Assembly: GCA_013265495.1 (NCBI GenBank)
Contig: MU058065.1
Span: forward strand, 5,491,124-5,511,123
Direction of reading: 5' to 3'
DNA from: Vicugna vicugna
Lineage: Eukaryota
Length of the DNA stretch: 20,000 nt
Shown here: positions 1 through 12,309 of the stretch, one piece after another
Layout: every line of letters begins with the position of its first letter
How positions within the stretch are numbered: position 1 is the first letter of the stretch
The notes under the pieces: generated by a model
The model's input: only the letters and a program-made list of their open reading frames with translations
Database searches by the model: none
What the model was told of the DNA's origin: nothing
Program-made: the position numbers and the translations under genes

Positions 1-284
1 GATATAATCTAGGTGCACCTCTACCGCATGACGTCATTCACAATGCAGTGGTGAGCTTGAGGTGCTGGGAATACTCCGCGGGTTCCTCTTTGTCCCAGCA
101 GTTGTCTCAAAAAAGTGGAAACTGGAAAGACTTCAACAAGCCTTTTTTGTACACACTAGACATTAAAGATGTTGCTACATTTTTTTGACAGCTCTTGAAC
201 TTCTCCCATGTTTTATTTCTGCGTTTCATTCCTGATTTTGAATCAGAAGAATTAATAAGCAGAAGAATAAGAAGAAAAAGAACT

Positions 285-455
285 GCTAACCATTCACAAG
301 TATCTTAATATGTGCCAGGCACTGTTCTAGAAGCAATTTTATTTAAGCCCTACAACCCTAGGAGTGAGTTACTATTATTATTCCTGTTTTATAAGAGACT
401 TCAACAACCAGGGTGGTTAGTAAGTTACTGTCGCAGAGACCACCAGGAGCCCCAA
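285..455 (-). mobile_element. Degenerate MIR SINE fragment
   Basis: tgtgccaggcactgttctag...tacaaccctaggag...actattattattcctgttttata...ggttagtaagtta resembles the reverse-strand MIR core; highly diverged, boundaries approximate. Confidence 0.7.
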
Positions 456-2421
456 AATCCTTTTTCTCTTTCTTCCCTAGTCACAGAACTATAGAAATCA
501 GAGTTGCACTCCTTACCCCTACACTGTTATGGGAACAGGACATAAGCTCTCATCCTGCTTGCTGAAGGCTCTGTTATTTTGTGACTGAGTTATAGGAACT
601 GAAGCCAAACCCTCCGGAGCAGAGGCAGAGCTCAAGCAATCCAGGCATCTGACCCCAGGACCCATCCCGTCAGCCCCTGCACTACGCTGCATCCCTGGCA
701 ACAGAGAGTGTCACAGGAGAATTGGAATCAACACCTTTAGAGCAAGATGGGATTATGCTGGTTACACAACTCATTGTTTTGACTGTTTTGAATGCTTTTT
801 CCGGTGAGTCAAACTAGTTAAGCAGACCAGGAAGGGACACTCAGATCCCCTTGGGTGATGGGGGTTTATTGCAAGGCTACATAGGAAAATGGGGTGTCAC
901 AGGAAGTTGCCTCATCGACTCTGTACCCAGTTCTGAGACAGACAGCGACCTCATGGAGACTCAGCTCTGACTCAACATCTTTGGGTGGTACAGATCTCAA
1001 GTGACCTGCCAGGTTCCTTAGCATTCGCTTTGAAGAGACAATCTGGACAGATTCCCACCAGTCAACTAAGCACTTTGATTAAGCAGACGCTTCACCAGGC
1101 ACCTTCAACATCCGTGGTGTCAAATGCAAACATGGCTGCGTGGGGCTTCAGTACCTCTATCTATCCAATGAGCTGTAGCCAGAATAAAAGTTCTTTCCCT
1201 CAGACCCATGACCTAAGTCCTATGTGAGATGCAGGAAAGAAGTGGTCGGAGGTCTGTTATCTGACGGAGGTGACGTGCTCACATCTGCCACTCCGGTACT
1301 GAGCATGACTGCTCTCCATTTCAGGGAGAAAGATCCCAGAAAACGGAAGAGATTTGCTGAAAATAAAGGAACCAGTTACCTTCCCGCTGACCAGGACTGA
1401 GGCTGGTCTGCAACCCCTTGCCCAGGCAGTGCCTGTGGTCATGCTTCTCCCCTTCTAGAAGCATCCCTTAGATCTCCTGAATTTTGACCTTCGGGTATCT
1501 CCAGTACAGCACCTTGTCTTCTGTTTATCCATGACAGCGTTTTCAGCTTCTCATCACTTCTGCAGAACACCATTCAGAACTCAACAGACACACTGCATCA
1601 TACAAAATGAAGAACTGAGGCAATTAGCAGGTTTCTAAAATCCATTTCTGGTTGAATAGCTAAATAACTCATCGAGTCTCTGTTCTACATGTGCTCTTTT
1701 GATGTAAATTTGACTCTGGTGTATCTACTTTTCAATAAAGTCCAGAATTCAAAACAACCCAACAGAGAAACCCCTCCTGGTATTTCATAGCCTCAGTAAT
1801 GAAGCTCCTTATTGGATCTAACTTAAATCTCTCTGGGGTTGGCTTAAGTCCTTTTGTGCCATGCTCTGGAAATACAGAACAGCCAGTGTGCGTGTGTATG
1901 TGTGCACGTGCACAAGCACTGAGGGTAGGGGAGCATGGGAGGGAGTATTATAGTGAAACAGGTACACAGATCTTGATATTAAAGTTTTCTGTTTCTCCAG
2001 ACTGTCCAGGTGCTTGCTTTTCAAAATCGCACATGGCTTATATCATTATTCTCGTAATTTAAGAAAAAAATGAAATAAAAGCATAAAGGAAAACCAGCAG
2101 CATTTTAAGAGATTTCACTTCTTTTTGATGCTTGTATCCATTTGCTGGGGGCCAGGAGGAGGTATGAGATTATACAGGGACTCTGGAAACACTTAAAGTT
2201 CAGAAAGACCTGCAGTCTCAATCCAAGCTTCTGGACAGAGCAGTGAGGGTGTAAAAGCAAATGCTGACGGTATTCTCTCCCACATCACACCGGGGTAAGT
2301 GGTTTGCCTCCTCCAGGCCCAGCCACCCTCAACCTCTGTGCCTGGGAGACTGACCCCACCCGCACAGCATTAAGAGGTTCCCACACCCTCTGGTTTCTGT
2401 CTGAGATTGACCGATGGGCAG

Positions 2422-2865
2422 TGTGGTGGTGAGTTTATGTATCAACTTGGCTGACTATGATACCTAGATTTTTGGTTAAATAGTATTCTAGATGGATCTA
2501 TGAAGATGGTTTCTTTCTTTCTTTCTTACTTTTGGGGGGAAGGAGATGAGATTAACACTGAAATTGATGGACTTTGAGTAAAGCAGTTTACCCTGCCTGA
2601 TGTGTGTGGGCCTCGTCCAATCAGTTGAAAGGCCTAAATAAGACAAAGACTCACCTCCCACCAGCAAGACTGCCTTTGGACTCGAATTGCAACTCTTCCC
2701 TGGGGCTCCAGCCTGCTGGCCTACCTTATCGGATTTTGGACTTGCCAAGTCCCTACAATCATGTGAGCCAATTCCTTAAAATAATCAATCTGTGTGTGTG
2801 TGTGTGTGAGTGTGTGTATACATATCCCACTGCTTCCATTTCTCTGGAGAACCCTGGCCAAAACA
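2422..2865 (+). mobile_element. MLT2 (ERVL) solo LTR with 5-bp TSD
   Basis: Starts TG, ends ACA, flanked by GGCAG at 2417-2421 and 2866-2870. MLT2 motifs: tcaacttggct, tgagtaaagcag, tccaatcagttgaaaggcct, catgtgagccaattccttaaaataa, tttctctggagaaccct. Confidence 0.93.
2791..2816. repeat. (TG)n microsatellite inside MLT2
   Basis: tgtgtgtgtgtgtgtgtgagtgtgtg seen directly. Confidence 0.95.
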
Positions 2866-3149
2866 GGCAGCAATGGCAGGAAATCAGAGACAGGAAGAGA
2901 AGCAGGTATTTATTCCCAGCTCCTCTCCTGTGGAGTCACCACGAAGGTCTTCCCTGGGGACAGGCACTGTCAGGACGCAGCCCTGGCCACCTCTGGGTAA
3001 GGCGACCTCCCCCGCCCCTCGCACCATCAGGCCTGGAGGTAATAACCAAGCCCTGTCTTACTCACCCTGGGGATGCCACTAAACCTTCACGGTTTCTCTT
3101 CACTCTGCTCACTGCTTCACAAAGAGCCCTTTTATTAAACTCTCTTTTA

Positions 3150-3980
3150 TGGATTTTTTTATGGTTTTGTATGTATATGTATTTTATTGAAGTATACTCA
3201 GCTTACAATGTTGTGTCAGTTTCTGGTGTACAGCATAATGCTTCAGTCATACATGAACATACATATATTTGTTTTCATATTCTTCTTCACCATAAGTTAC
3301 TACAAGATATCGAATATAGTTCCCTACACTACACAGCATGAACTTGTTGTTTATCTATTCTATATATATATAAGTTAGTATCTGCAAATCTCTAACTCCC
3401 AATTTATACCCTCCCACCCCAACCCCTGCCCCAGGTAACCACAAGTTTGTTCTCTATGTCTGAGCATCTGTTTCTGTTTTGCAAATAAGTTCATTTGCCT
3501 TTTTTTTTTTAGATTCCACATATAAATGATATCATATGGTATTTTTCTTTCTCTTTCTGGCTTATTTCACTTAGAATGATAATCTTCAGGTCTATCCATG
3601 TTGCTGCAAATGGTATTATTTTATTCTTTTTTAAGGCTAAGTAATATTCCATTGTATAAATATACCACAAGTTTTTTATCCAGTCATCTGTCCATGGACA
3701 TTTAGGTTGTTTCCATGTCTTGGCTATTGTAAACAGTGCTGCTATGAACACTGGGGTGCATGTATTTTTTTGAATTAAGTTTCCCTCTGCATATATGCCC
3801 AAGGGTGGGATTGCTGGATCATATGGCAAATCTATTTTTAGTCTTTTGAGGAATCTTCATACTGTTTTCCATAAGGTGCACCAAATTGCATTCCCACCAG
3901 CAGTGTAGGAGGGTTCCCTTTTCTCCATGCTCTCTCCAGCTTTTTTATCATTTGTGGACTTTTGAATGATGACCATTCTT
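3150..3980 (-). mobile_element. 5'-truncated LINE-1 (ORF2 C-terminus plus 3' UTR)
   Basis: Minus-strand ORF 3509-3829 (PYDPAIPPLGIY...[22 protein letters not shown]...WYIYTMEYY...FAATW) is the characteristic L1 ORF2 C-terminus, followed by a cetartiodactyl-type 3' UTR and an A-rich tail (T-rich on +) near 3150-3190. Confidence 0.97.
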
Positions 3981-6900
3981 ATAGGCACATCCTGGGACCC
4001 TGACTGACACAAGTGTCACCAGAATGGAGGCTCCTTTGCAAAGCTGGTGTGGCGTTCAGAGCCTTCCTTTGACCCCAAGCCCCTCCCCAGTGTCATCTTC
4101 CCCCATGTCTGTTCACTCCAAAAGACATGCGAGGCCCCACACACAAAGCCCTCAGCAATGGCGCCCCACCCGCAGGCTGGGCAGTAACACCCCCACACCA
4201 ACACGTCCACTTACTCTCTCCGGATGTCAGCAACCCCACTCCCTGTTCATGTGACTCAACAAGAACAGAAGTGTAAAACTCATCTAAGCTGGGAGCCACA
4301 GCCCATGATAGCTCTGCCCTATTTCATCATATTTCATCATAGTCCCCACCTTCCATTCTAGAATCTTCTATCTTCCATCTCCTCAACCAATCAAGCGGTT
4401 TCAGTTTGTTTATCGCTGGTGTTTTTTAATCCAAGACTCCCAAGTCCCCTTCCTCCCCTGCAGTCCTATTTGCAGCCAAGTAGCGCAGTATCTAGGAAGG
4501 TACGACTGTCCACTGGAGGGACCACTTTGCTTTGTTTTCCTATGTCTGCTCGAGCATATTTGAGCAGGTGTGGTGTTTTGGTTGCGTTTTGTTATGTTTT
4601 GTTTCTAGATTTTTTTAAGACTCTCCGAAGGCTGTGATTTATTTTTTCCTAAAAAATAAATAAATCCCACAGGGAAAGTAAAGAATGATATAGGTTTCAG
4701 TAAAAATGATGCTTGCTTCTTCTCTTCTGGATTTTCATAGATTGTGTTAAAAATCTGTCTTTTCAGCCTGCCACCGTGTCTGCCGCAAAAATAATGAAAA
4801 GCAATGAAAAATGGAAATGAGCAACATGACAAAATCGGTCCCCCTGAGGCTCCAGCTGAAAAGAGCAACATGGAACAAACAGAACCAAGGCTGGGGCAGT
4901 ATCAGCCATAGTCAGCATCGATGAGGTGTCAAAATATTAGAATTAATAAGCTCAGGACAGTCACCCAGGTAGCAGCCACGTAGTCCAAGTACACAGGAAC
5001 GGACTCACAAAGGGGAGGCCTGCAGTCAGATGATGGATTCTGGAATTCTAAAGGCAGCAGACAAAAAGCAAGGTAACAAACCAACCAAAAGGCAAACTGC
5101 ACACATATGTACTCAGGAAGTTAATACCAGGAAATGGGCTTTTTGAAAACCAACACATGTTCCTAGCTTGGTCCAGCCAAAGAAAGCTCATGAAATTTAC
5201 CATAGGTGACAAAAGAAAAAAGGAGGAAGAATCATTGCCTTGTCTCCTACCACCTGGGCAACTCACAGTCTGACACCCCCACTGCCACCACGGTCTGCGG
5301 AAGGTTCCACAGAAAGCCCTGCTCTCTGTAGAGGTCTAATGCAAAATGCAACAGCTCATAATGACATCAGCCTAATAATGCACACCTCTCACCACAGAGG
5401 AGGCTGACCCTGATCCTGGCCTACTGGGTTCCTCAAAGCTGGATCCTAAGTGCCCACGCAAACTTTGTGTGCCATCACATGCTACGTGCGGGTGACTTTT
5501 CCCAGGAAAGAATACTGTGCATTTCTTACCAGGTAAATGGCAATCTTTTCTGGGGCAGGTTCTATGCATTATGTGGAGCCCCTGGGCGCCTCCATCCCTG
5601 TTGATATCACTGCACGTGGCACTGGGAAAGGCACAGGTTTACAATGTCAACCCTCTTGAAGGTAGTTGTATCTCAGTAGAACCGGAAAAACTAAAAGAGT
5701 CAAAGGAATGGCATCTCTAGTGGCAGAAAGACCATCAGTTGGGCTAATGCTTTGGAGAGATTTCCCCTGTCCACTCCTCTCTGCCTCCTCGTTGATGTGG
5801 CTCCCGAGCTAGCCCTGGTCCTAGGCTACCTGAAACTATTTTTTTCTCTCTTTCAAGCCCAGGAAAGGTAGGCAATGAGTTGCCCTTCTTCATACAGGGG
5901 AAACAAGGAGCCCTCCCCCAGACCATCTTCCGACCTTCTCTGAGCCTCTCTGTGGCCTGGTACAGACTGCCTCAAGATCATCTCCTCCATTTGGGTTAAG
6001 GCTGCCTGCCTCATGCCTCAAAATTACCAAAACACACAATGAACAGAAGGACTTGGAAGGGCAGGGCTGACAGGACCCATTTCTTAGAAGCATCAACCAT
6101 CGCTTACAGCTCAGTAGTTGGTAAAGTAGCACTTATGCCAATTATCTGCCCATACCCTAAGAGTTCCTGACAGCAGAGATCAAATAAATGTTTAAGGTCA
6201 GTTAGAGCAAATAGAAACTCAGTGAATGGTGGCTTTGTGAGAGCTTAATCCCAACCCCTAAGGTCAACTCCCAGGATCCCCTCCAATGCTGTCACAGGGT
6301 CATTTATGGAGTCTCCCATGATCAGCCTATGACAACACCTGCATCAGTCTCAAATCAGCCCTGGTTCTGGTCTTTCTCCAGGAAGGGGGTCCACCAGGAT
6401 GGCTGCGCCCTGGCCAATGCAGGTTGTGTCCCCATCCTTGCCAACCCGATTCCTCTGTGGTGCCTTCTTTACCACCATGCAACCCCTGGGCTTCAGAATC
6501 AATTTTTAAAGATACTCCCTCATCTCTCTGCATTGGGAATGAGAGATCCACCTCTAAAATGTGTGAGATCTGTCACAGGGGCCTCAGCTGGGAACTTAGG
6601 TCCTGCACACAGTCACCAACTTGGGTTTATTTGTTTGTTGAGGGGTTTGATGTTAAAAAGCATTAATTTGTTAAATGCAAACAAGTGAAATTGCTACAAT
6701 CTTTATAACTCGGACTTGGCTTTACTTCAGTTGCTAGTAGATCAGAATGCTCATAACCGGAAGTTATGATCTTTCTGAAGAGCCTATTTTCCTAACTGAA
6801 CCTGCAGAGCAACCCACGTCTGCCATGTTCACAGCCTCACAGTACCTGGCTGGCGGCAGGGGGTCAGTGAATACCCCTCAATTCAACATCTCTCAGATGG

Positions 6901-7301
6901 CAATCAAATCCTCATTATTTCTATCTCAGGTACCAGCTAGCAAGTTCTTTCTTCATTAATTCACTCCAACACCCTCAATCCTAAATGATCTCTCCTCTTC
7001 TTAGGGAAAAGCTACTTTCATTCACCTCCCCCATCCTCACCCCCTAATCAACACACACCACGGCTTTTTCCCACCTGCTCACATGATAACCTTCTCTGCC
7101 AACCATGCAAAGGCACCACGGCAAAATAGCAATTTTTCAAATGTGTCAGAGGATGAAAAACATAAAAAGCCCACATGGCAGAATATAACCCACATTTAAG
7201 TGATGAATGCTTTTCAGATACAAGGTAAATTCAAAAACTATCTTTTTACCTAAAGAAGAGGGATTGCCTACAAATCCACAAATCCTTGCCAATTTACCAA
7301 G

Positions 7302-7783
7302 TGTGATAGCTTGTCTTCAAGGCCATGGTCAATCTCTCCCCTCCTTCAATCAGAAAGTGGAGTCTAAACCTCTACTCCCTTCAGTCTGGGCAATTCTGAG
7401 CAGTTGAATAAGGTAAATGTGAGATCCTATTGGTTCTGAGTACGGCCTTTACAAAGACTGGCAGTTTCTGCTTTCTCCCTCTTAGAGCCCTGAGTCCCTG
7501 TGCAGGAAGACCAGCTGATGCTGCTGGAGAGAGAGGCAATGTGGGAACAACATTAATGTACCAGATCTGTGAGTCAATAATCTACCTTGGATGCCCCAGC
7601 CCCCAAGCATTCAAGTCATCCCATCTGAGCCTCAAACATCCTGGAGCAGAGAGAAGCTGGGTCGCCTGCGCCCTGTCCAAATTTCTGCCCCACAAATACA
7701 CACATGAAAAAAAAAAAAAAGACTGATGTTGTAAGTCACTGAGTTTTGCAGTGTTTTGTTATGCAGCTGTAGGTAACAAGACA
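7302..7783 (+). mobile_element. MLT1 (ERVL-MaLR) solo LTR with 5-bp TSD
   Basis: Starts TGTGATAG, ends ACA, flanked by CCAAG at 7297-7301 and 7784-7788. MLT1 motifs gtggagtcta...gtctggg and taagtcactgagttttgcagtgttttgttatgcagc. Confidence 0.88.
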
Positions 7784-7824
7784 CCAAGAAAGCATCCATG
7801 TCAATGAAAGATTTCAATTTTTGA

Positions 7825-8270
7825 GTTAGAAATTGTATTTATATGCAAATAACAAAAACCAGGAAACACTGGTTTAAACATATTAGGGTTTTATTTTCTC
7901 TCATATAACAAGAAGGTAAGGCCTCCCAGCAGTATTCTGGCAGCTCAGAGCCCAGGTCTCTGCAAATCTCTTGGTCTTTCCCACACGCAACTGGAATGTC
8001 TGATCCAGCTCCAGTGACCAGCATTCCAGGCATCAGGGAGGAAGAAGAGATGTGCCTTTATCACAAAACCAAAACTTAACTAGAACTCCCCAGCAGGGAT
8101 CTCTGTTTATATCTCATTGGCTAGATCCATGTTGCGTGGCTACCCCATATAAGGGAGACTGAGAAGTACAGGTCTTTAACTAGCAATGGCCACCCTGAAC
8201 AAAACTGGGTCCTGGTTAGTAAGGGGAAAGAGGAAAGAATAACATTGGAGAGGCAACTAGATGCTTACAC
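7825..8270 (-). mobile_element. Old MLT1 (K/L-like) LTR fragment
   Basis: gcaaataacaaaaacc...tggtttaaaca...tattttctctcatataacaagaag and tctcattggctagatccatgttgcgtggctacccc resemble reverse-strand old MLT1 LTRs. Confidence 0.65.
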
Positions 8271-8279
8271 CAAGTCAAT

Positions 8280-8620
8280 AAGAAATTCAGTTACTTTAGC
8301 CAAAGTCCGGAAGCAGAGCAGGCTTCTGGGTCGATCCCATGATGTTATCAAAGACCCAGAAATGTCCCATCTCTCCACTCTACTATTCATAGCATTGGCT
8401 TCAGTCTAAGGCCAGCTCTCTTCCACTTTGCAGGAGGGACGCCAATACAATTGGGCTATATGCCTCTTTGTTCACATCCAGCAAGAGTTTCTGGTTTCTT
8501 GTCCATCTCTCTCAAGAGCAAGGAAGCAAGGGGCCACTTTTAAGCACAGACACTAAACTGCACTTGATACGCATTGAATACCTTTCCCTGTTCCAGAGCC
8601 AACAAGAATCTCATTGTCAA
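8280..8620 (-). mobile_element. Second old MLT1-like LTR fragment
   Basis: aagtccggaagcagagcaggcttc...atgatgttatcaaagacccag...ccatctctccactctactatt...ttggcttc resembles the reverse-strand MLT1 body; very diverged. Confidence 0.55.
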
Positions 8621-8654
8621 CGAGGGCTTTCATTCACAACTTTGGGGGAGGCTG

Positions 8655-8900
8655 AGTGAGGGCTCTGCAGCCAGTCTGCCTGGATTTATATCCATCCTCT
8701 CACTTTTCCTGGTGTGTATCCTTCAGCAAGTTACTTAGCCTCTCTAAGCCCGTTTCCTTGTGTGTAGAAATGGGTAAACTTATAGTATTTACTGGCACAG
8801 GCATTTTATTTAATGTAAAGAATAAATAAGAAAATACATGCAAAGTACTTAGCATGGTGCCTAGAAACTAGCTAGCAGTAACTAGATGTTGGCAATGATG
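8655..8900 (+). mobile_element. MIR SINE
   Basis: ctgcctggattt...gcaagttacttagcctctctaagcccgtttcctt...gtagaaatggg...tgcaaagtacttagcatggtgcct matches the MIR head, core and tail in order. Confidence 0.85.
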
Positions 8901-9469
8901 ACTATGCGGAACAGTTTCACATAGACCCTGTGCGAGTTTTGCAAACACAGAAGTAAATGTAAATCAATGATGCACAACCCCTCCCATCTCCTCTCTTTGC
9001 AGTTTTAATGAGATCAACTTCCATGCCTGGGAATATCCAAAATATTTGTTTACACAAGTCCCTCTTCAGAAATGACCTATTCCAGCCCTCATGCCACTGC
9101 AGGTAAACTTGACATTCAAGCCACTCATCTAACACACGGACTTATCTGAAAAGATATCTGCAAATCTACTACTAAACAATCCAATGAAGGACCCCATAAT
9201 TAATCCAATTCAGTGATTATCACATCTCTGCTAAACATATCATTAAACAGCTGAAACAGTGCTTTCAGTTTTTTTCCCACAATTTATTTCAACAAGAATC
9301 TAAACACCTAATAACCAAATCAGATTATCCTTGCAATAATCCTATCATTGTACCATATTCAGCACTTACAGTTACCCCACAAAGTAAATCTACAATTTTT
9401 CAGTTTGACGGAACAATACAGACAGAATATAAAACACATTCTGTAACAAAATCCATCTGCTGAAGATTA

Positions 9470-9680
9470 TTAATAACAGTTGACATTGCTTAATTTACTA
9501 GCTCCAGGCACCACGCTAAATGCTAACTTTTTAGAGTTACTACTATTATCCCCATTTTACAGATGAGGAAACTGAGGATCAAAGAAGTTAAATGACTTAG
9601 TCATGGTCAGAGTTCCTAAGCAGCAGAATCAGGATTTGAAAATCCAGGTCTGTTCTGACTCCCAGAGCACAAGCCCTCAA
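9470..9680 (-). mobile_element. MIR SINE
   Basis: Well-preserved core ccccattttacagatgaggaaactgagg...gttaaatgactt...ggatttgaaatccaggtctgttctgactcc. Confidence 0.92.
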
Positions 9681-9756
9681 ATAACAAACGTACTAAGATA
9701 TGATGCCACTTCTTTAGAGAAAATTTTGACAGATCCTGAAATTTTATACCTGACTA

Positions 9757-9985
9757 GAGAACATAGTAGGTATGAAAATCACAGGTTTTGGAGTCCAACT
9801 TGAATCTGAATTGACTCTGCATTTAGTCTTTGTTAGTTACATGACCTTGATCAACTTAGGCAGACTTTCTGAGCCTCAGTTTCCCCATCTCAAAGGCTGA
9901 GAACAGGATAAAGCAAGTACAAATGTGCTAGAATGCTCTAACATCCACCGCAACAATATTGGTCCTCAGCAAGCATTAGCTCCCC
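9757..9985 (+). mobile_element. MIR SINE
   Basis: caggttttggagtc...tgaccttga...tctgagcctcagtttccccatct matches the forward MIR core. Confidence 0.8.
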
Positions 9986-10545
9986 TTTCCCCTGCTTCCT
10001 TTCTTCTTCCTGTCTAAAATGCGTACTCTCCTTTGCGGAAAATCAGTCATTAAAGCAAGAGTTAGTACTGTTTCAGGCCTTTGTCACCTTCTAAAGATAC
10101 ACAGTACTCAAAATGTTGTTGAAATAACAAATGTTGATAAACAGTACATGTTTATCCAAATCAATGCATTTTTTCTAAAAAAATGCCTTATTAAGGACTC
10201 TCACTCTAATTACTCAATAGTTAAATCCAGCATCAGACTTCAGTCATGTCCAGTATCTGCAGTGCCTTCCCCCAGGGTTACACCGGTCCCAAAGCCAGGC
10301 TCAGCGCCCTCTTAGCCATGCACCTTTAATAATGGAACTAGGAGGAAATTCTCCTGGGACAATAGCCCCCGAAGTGCCTGGGAATACAAATGGGAGATGT
10401 AATCGCCCAACTCAGGAACAAGCCAGTTAGAGTGAACATTTGGTCACTCTTTGAACCCTCCTTCACTGCTGAACACCTCTTCCATGTCAGAGGAATTCCC
10501 CACCTTTTGCACGCCCGTCTCCCACTGTAGAAGTCAGATACGTTC

Positions 10546-11050
10546 TGAGTCAGGTTGTTACAAAAGGCCACAATAATCCTCTCATCCCTGTTGCCCTTCC
10601 CTTTGCAATGTGGCTTTGCTGCTCTCCCCCTCAGGAACTGGGATCTATCTCCCGACCCCTTGAGTCTGGGTGTAAGTGGTGTTTTGGTGCTTTGAGCCTG
10701 TGCTTTGAGACACTGTGACTTCCATGATCACCTTCTTGGAACTCTTGCTGCCCTGAGAGGAACCCTAGGCTATTTTTCTTGATGATGAAACATCAGTCAG
10801 AAGAAAGGGATGCCCAGCCAACAAGACCAACCAACAGTCATTTACAGAAGACCATCGTAGACCATCCAGGCTGATCTGAATGTCCAGATGGTACAGTCAC
10901 ATGAGTGACAGCAGGCGAAAGCAATTAAAAAACTGTCTAGTTCAGCCCAGCCCAATCTGCTAGTTATACAATCATAAGCAAAGAAAATAGTTGTTTTAAG
11001 CCACTAAGTGTTTGAGAGAGTTTCTTACACAGCAATAAATAGCTGAAACA
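10546..11050 (+). mobile_element. MLT1 (F/G-like) solo LTR
   Basis: ccctttgcaatgtggctttgctgctctccc...ccccttgagtctggg near the 5' end; gttgttttaagccactaag...ttacacagcaataaatagctgaaaca at the 3' end. No matching TSD seen. Confidence 0.85.
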
Positions 11051-11156
11051 CTTATTTGCCAGCATTCCTTCAGCTGGAAGGAAAACATAGGTCCTAGCAT
11101 CCACCAATGAGACGTACACACTCACTGCAAGCTTTGAGCAGAAGTTAATGGCTTGA

Positions 11157-12285
11157 CTTTTGCACAGCAAAGGAAACTACAAACAAAATGATAAGACAAC
11201 ATACAGAATAGAAGAAAATATTTGCAAATGATGCAACTGACAAGGGCTTAATTTCCAGAATACATAAACAGCTCATACAACTCAATAACAAAAAAACAAA
11301 CAACCCATTTCAAAAATGGGCAGAAGACCTAAACAAACATTTCTCCAATGAAGACATACAAATGACCAATAGACACATAAAAAATGCTCAATATTATTAA
11401 TTATCAGAGAAATGCAAATCAAAACTACAATGAGGTATCACTTCACATCAGTCAGAATGGCCATCAATATAAAGTCTACAAATGATAAATGCTAGAGAAA
11501 GTGTAGAGAAAAGGGAACCCTCCTACTCTGTTGGTGAGAATGTAGTTTGGTGCAGCCCTTATGAAAAACAGTATGGAAATTCCTCAAAAAACCAAGAATA
11601 GACTTATCATATGATCCAGCAATCCTACTCCTGGGCATATATCCAGAGGGAACTCTAATTCGAAAAGATACATGCACCACAATGTTCATTGCAGCACTAT
11701 TTGCAATAGCCAAGACATGGAAACAACCTAAATGTCCATCAGCAGATGGCTGGATAAAGAAGTTGTGGCATATTTGTACAATGTAACATCAATGGAATAC
11801 TACTCGGCAATAAAAAAGAATAAAATAATGCCATTTGCAGCAACATGGATGGACCTGGAGATCATCATTCTAAGTGAAGTAAGCCAGAAAGAGACAAAAA
11901 AAAATCATGTATCACTCATATGTGGAATCTAAAAGAAAAGAAAAAAAGAGGACACTAATGAACTCATCTACAAAATAGAAACAGACTCGCAGACATAATA
12001 AACAATCTTATGGTTACCAGGGGAAAGGAAGTGGGAAAGGATAAATTTGGGAGTCTGAAATTTGCAAATGATAACCACTATACATGAAAATAGATTTAAA
12101 AAATTTCTTCTGTATAACACAGGGAACTATATTCAATATCTTGTAATATCCTTTAACAAAAAAGAATATGAAAATGAATTTATGTATATATATGTATGAC
12201 TGGGACATTATGCTGTACACCAGAAACTGACACATCATAACTGACTATACTTCAATTAAAATAAATAAATAAACAAATAAAATAT
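11157..12285 (+). mobile_element. 5'-truncated LINE-1 copy A (ORF2 3' part, 3' UTR, A-rich tail)
   Basis: ttttgcacagcaaaggaaac...aaaatatttgcaaat...aatgcaaatcaaaactacaatgaggtatcac; ORF 11732-11932 contains MEYYSAIKKNKIMPFAATWMDLE; ends ctatacttcaattaaaataaataaataaa. ORF2 is disrupted. Confidence 0.97.
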
Positions 12286-12309
12286 GTAAGTTAGAAATGA
12301 TAAAAAAAA

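Larger units (their letters stand above)
2300..4010 (+). mobile_element. Old ERVL-class solo LTR (LTR33-like), split into three pieces by MLT2 and L1 insertions
   Basis: Pieces at about 2300-2421 (ccctctggtttctg...gaccgatgggcag), 2871-3145 (ggcaggaaatcagag...gtatttattccc...cccttttattaaactctc) and 3985-4010 (gggaccctgactgacaca) read as one collinear LTR with ATTAAA and a terminal ACA. Subfamily is from memory; the 5' end is uncertain. Confidence 0.6.

Noticed and set aside
3..188. Open frame at the window start as a possible exon
   Set aside because: About 60 codons with no recognisable protein similarity or supporting splice context; within chance expectation.
2604..3341. 245-aa ORF, the longest in the window
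   Set aside because: It crosses MLT2, a TG microsatellite, an old LTR and an antisense L1 3' UTR, has no ATG start (gtg) and no recognisable domain.
3509..3829. Host protein-coding gene
   Set aside because: This is the L1 ORF2 C-terminal remnant of a 5'-truncated copy; the same applies to ORFs 11732-11932 and 12551-12838.
3140..3990. TSD for the antisense L1
   Set aside because: The best candidate (tcttttatgg vs tcttatagg) is too short and degenerate to call.
4321..4340. 10-bp tandem duplication atttcatcat x2
   Set aside because: Real but trivial slippage-type duplication with no functional indication.
6820..6880. Possible L2/MIR tail remnant (cacagtacctggc...tcagtgaata)
   Set aside because: Similarity is too short and weak to support a call by eye.
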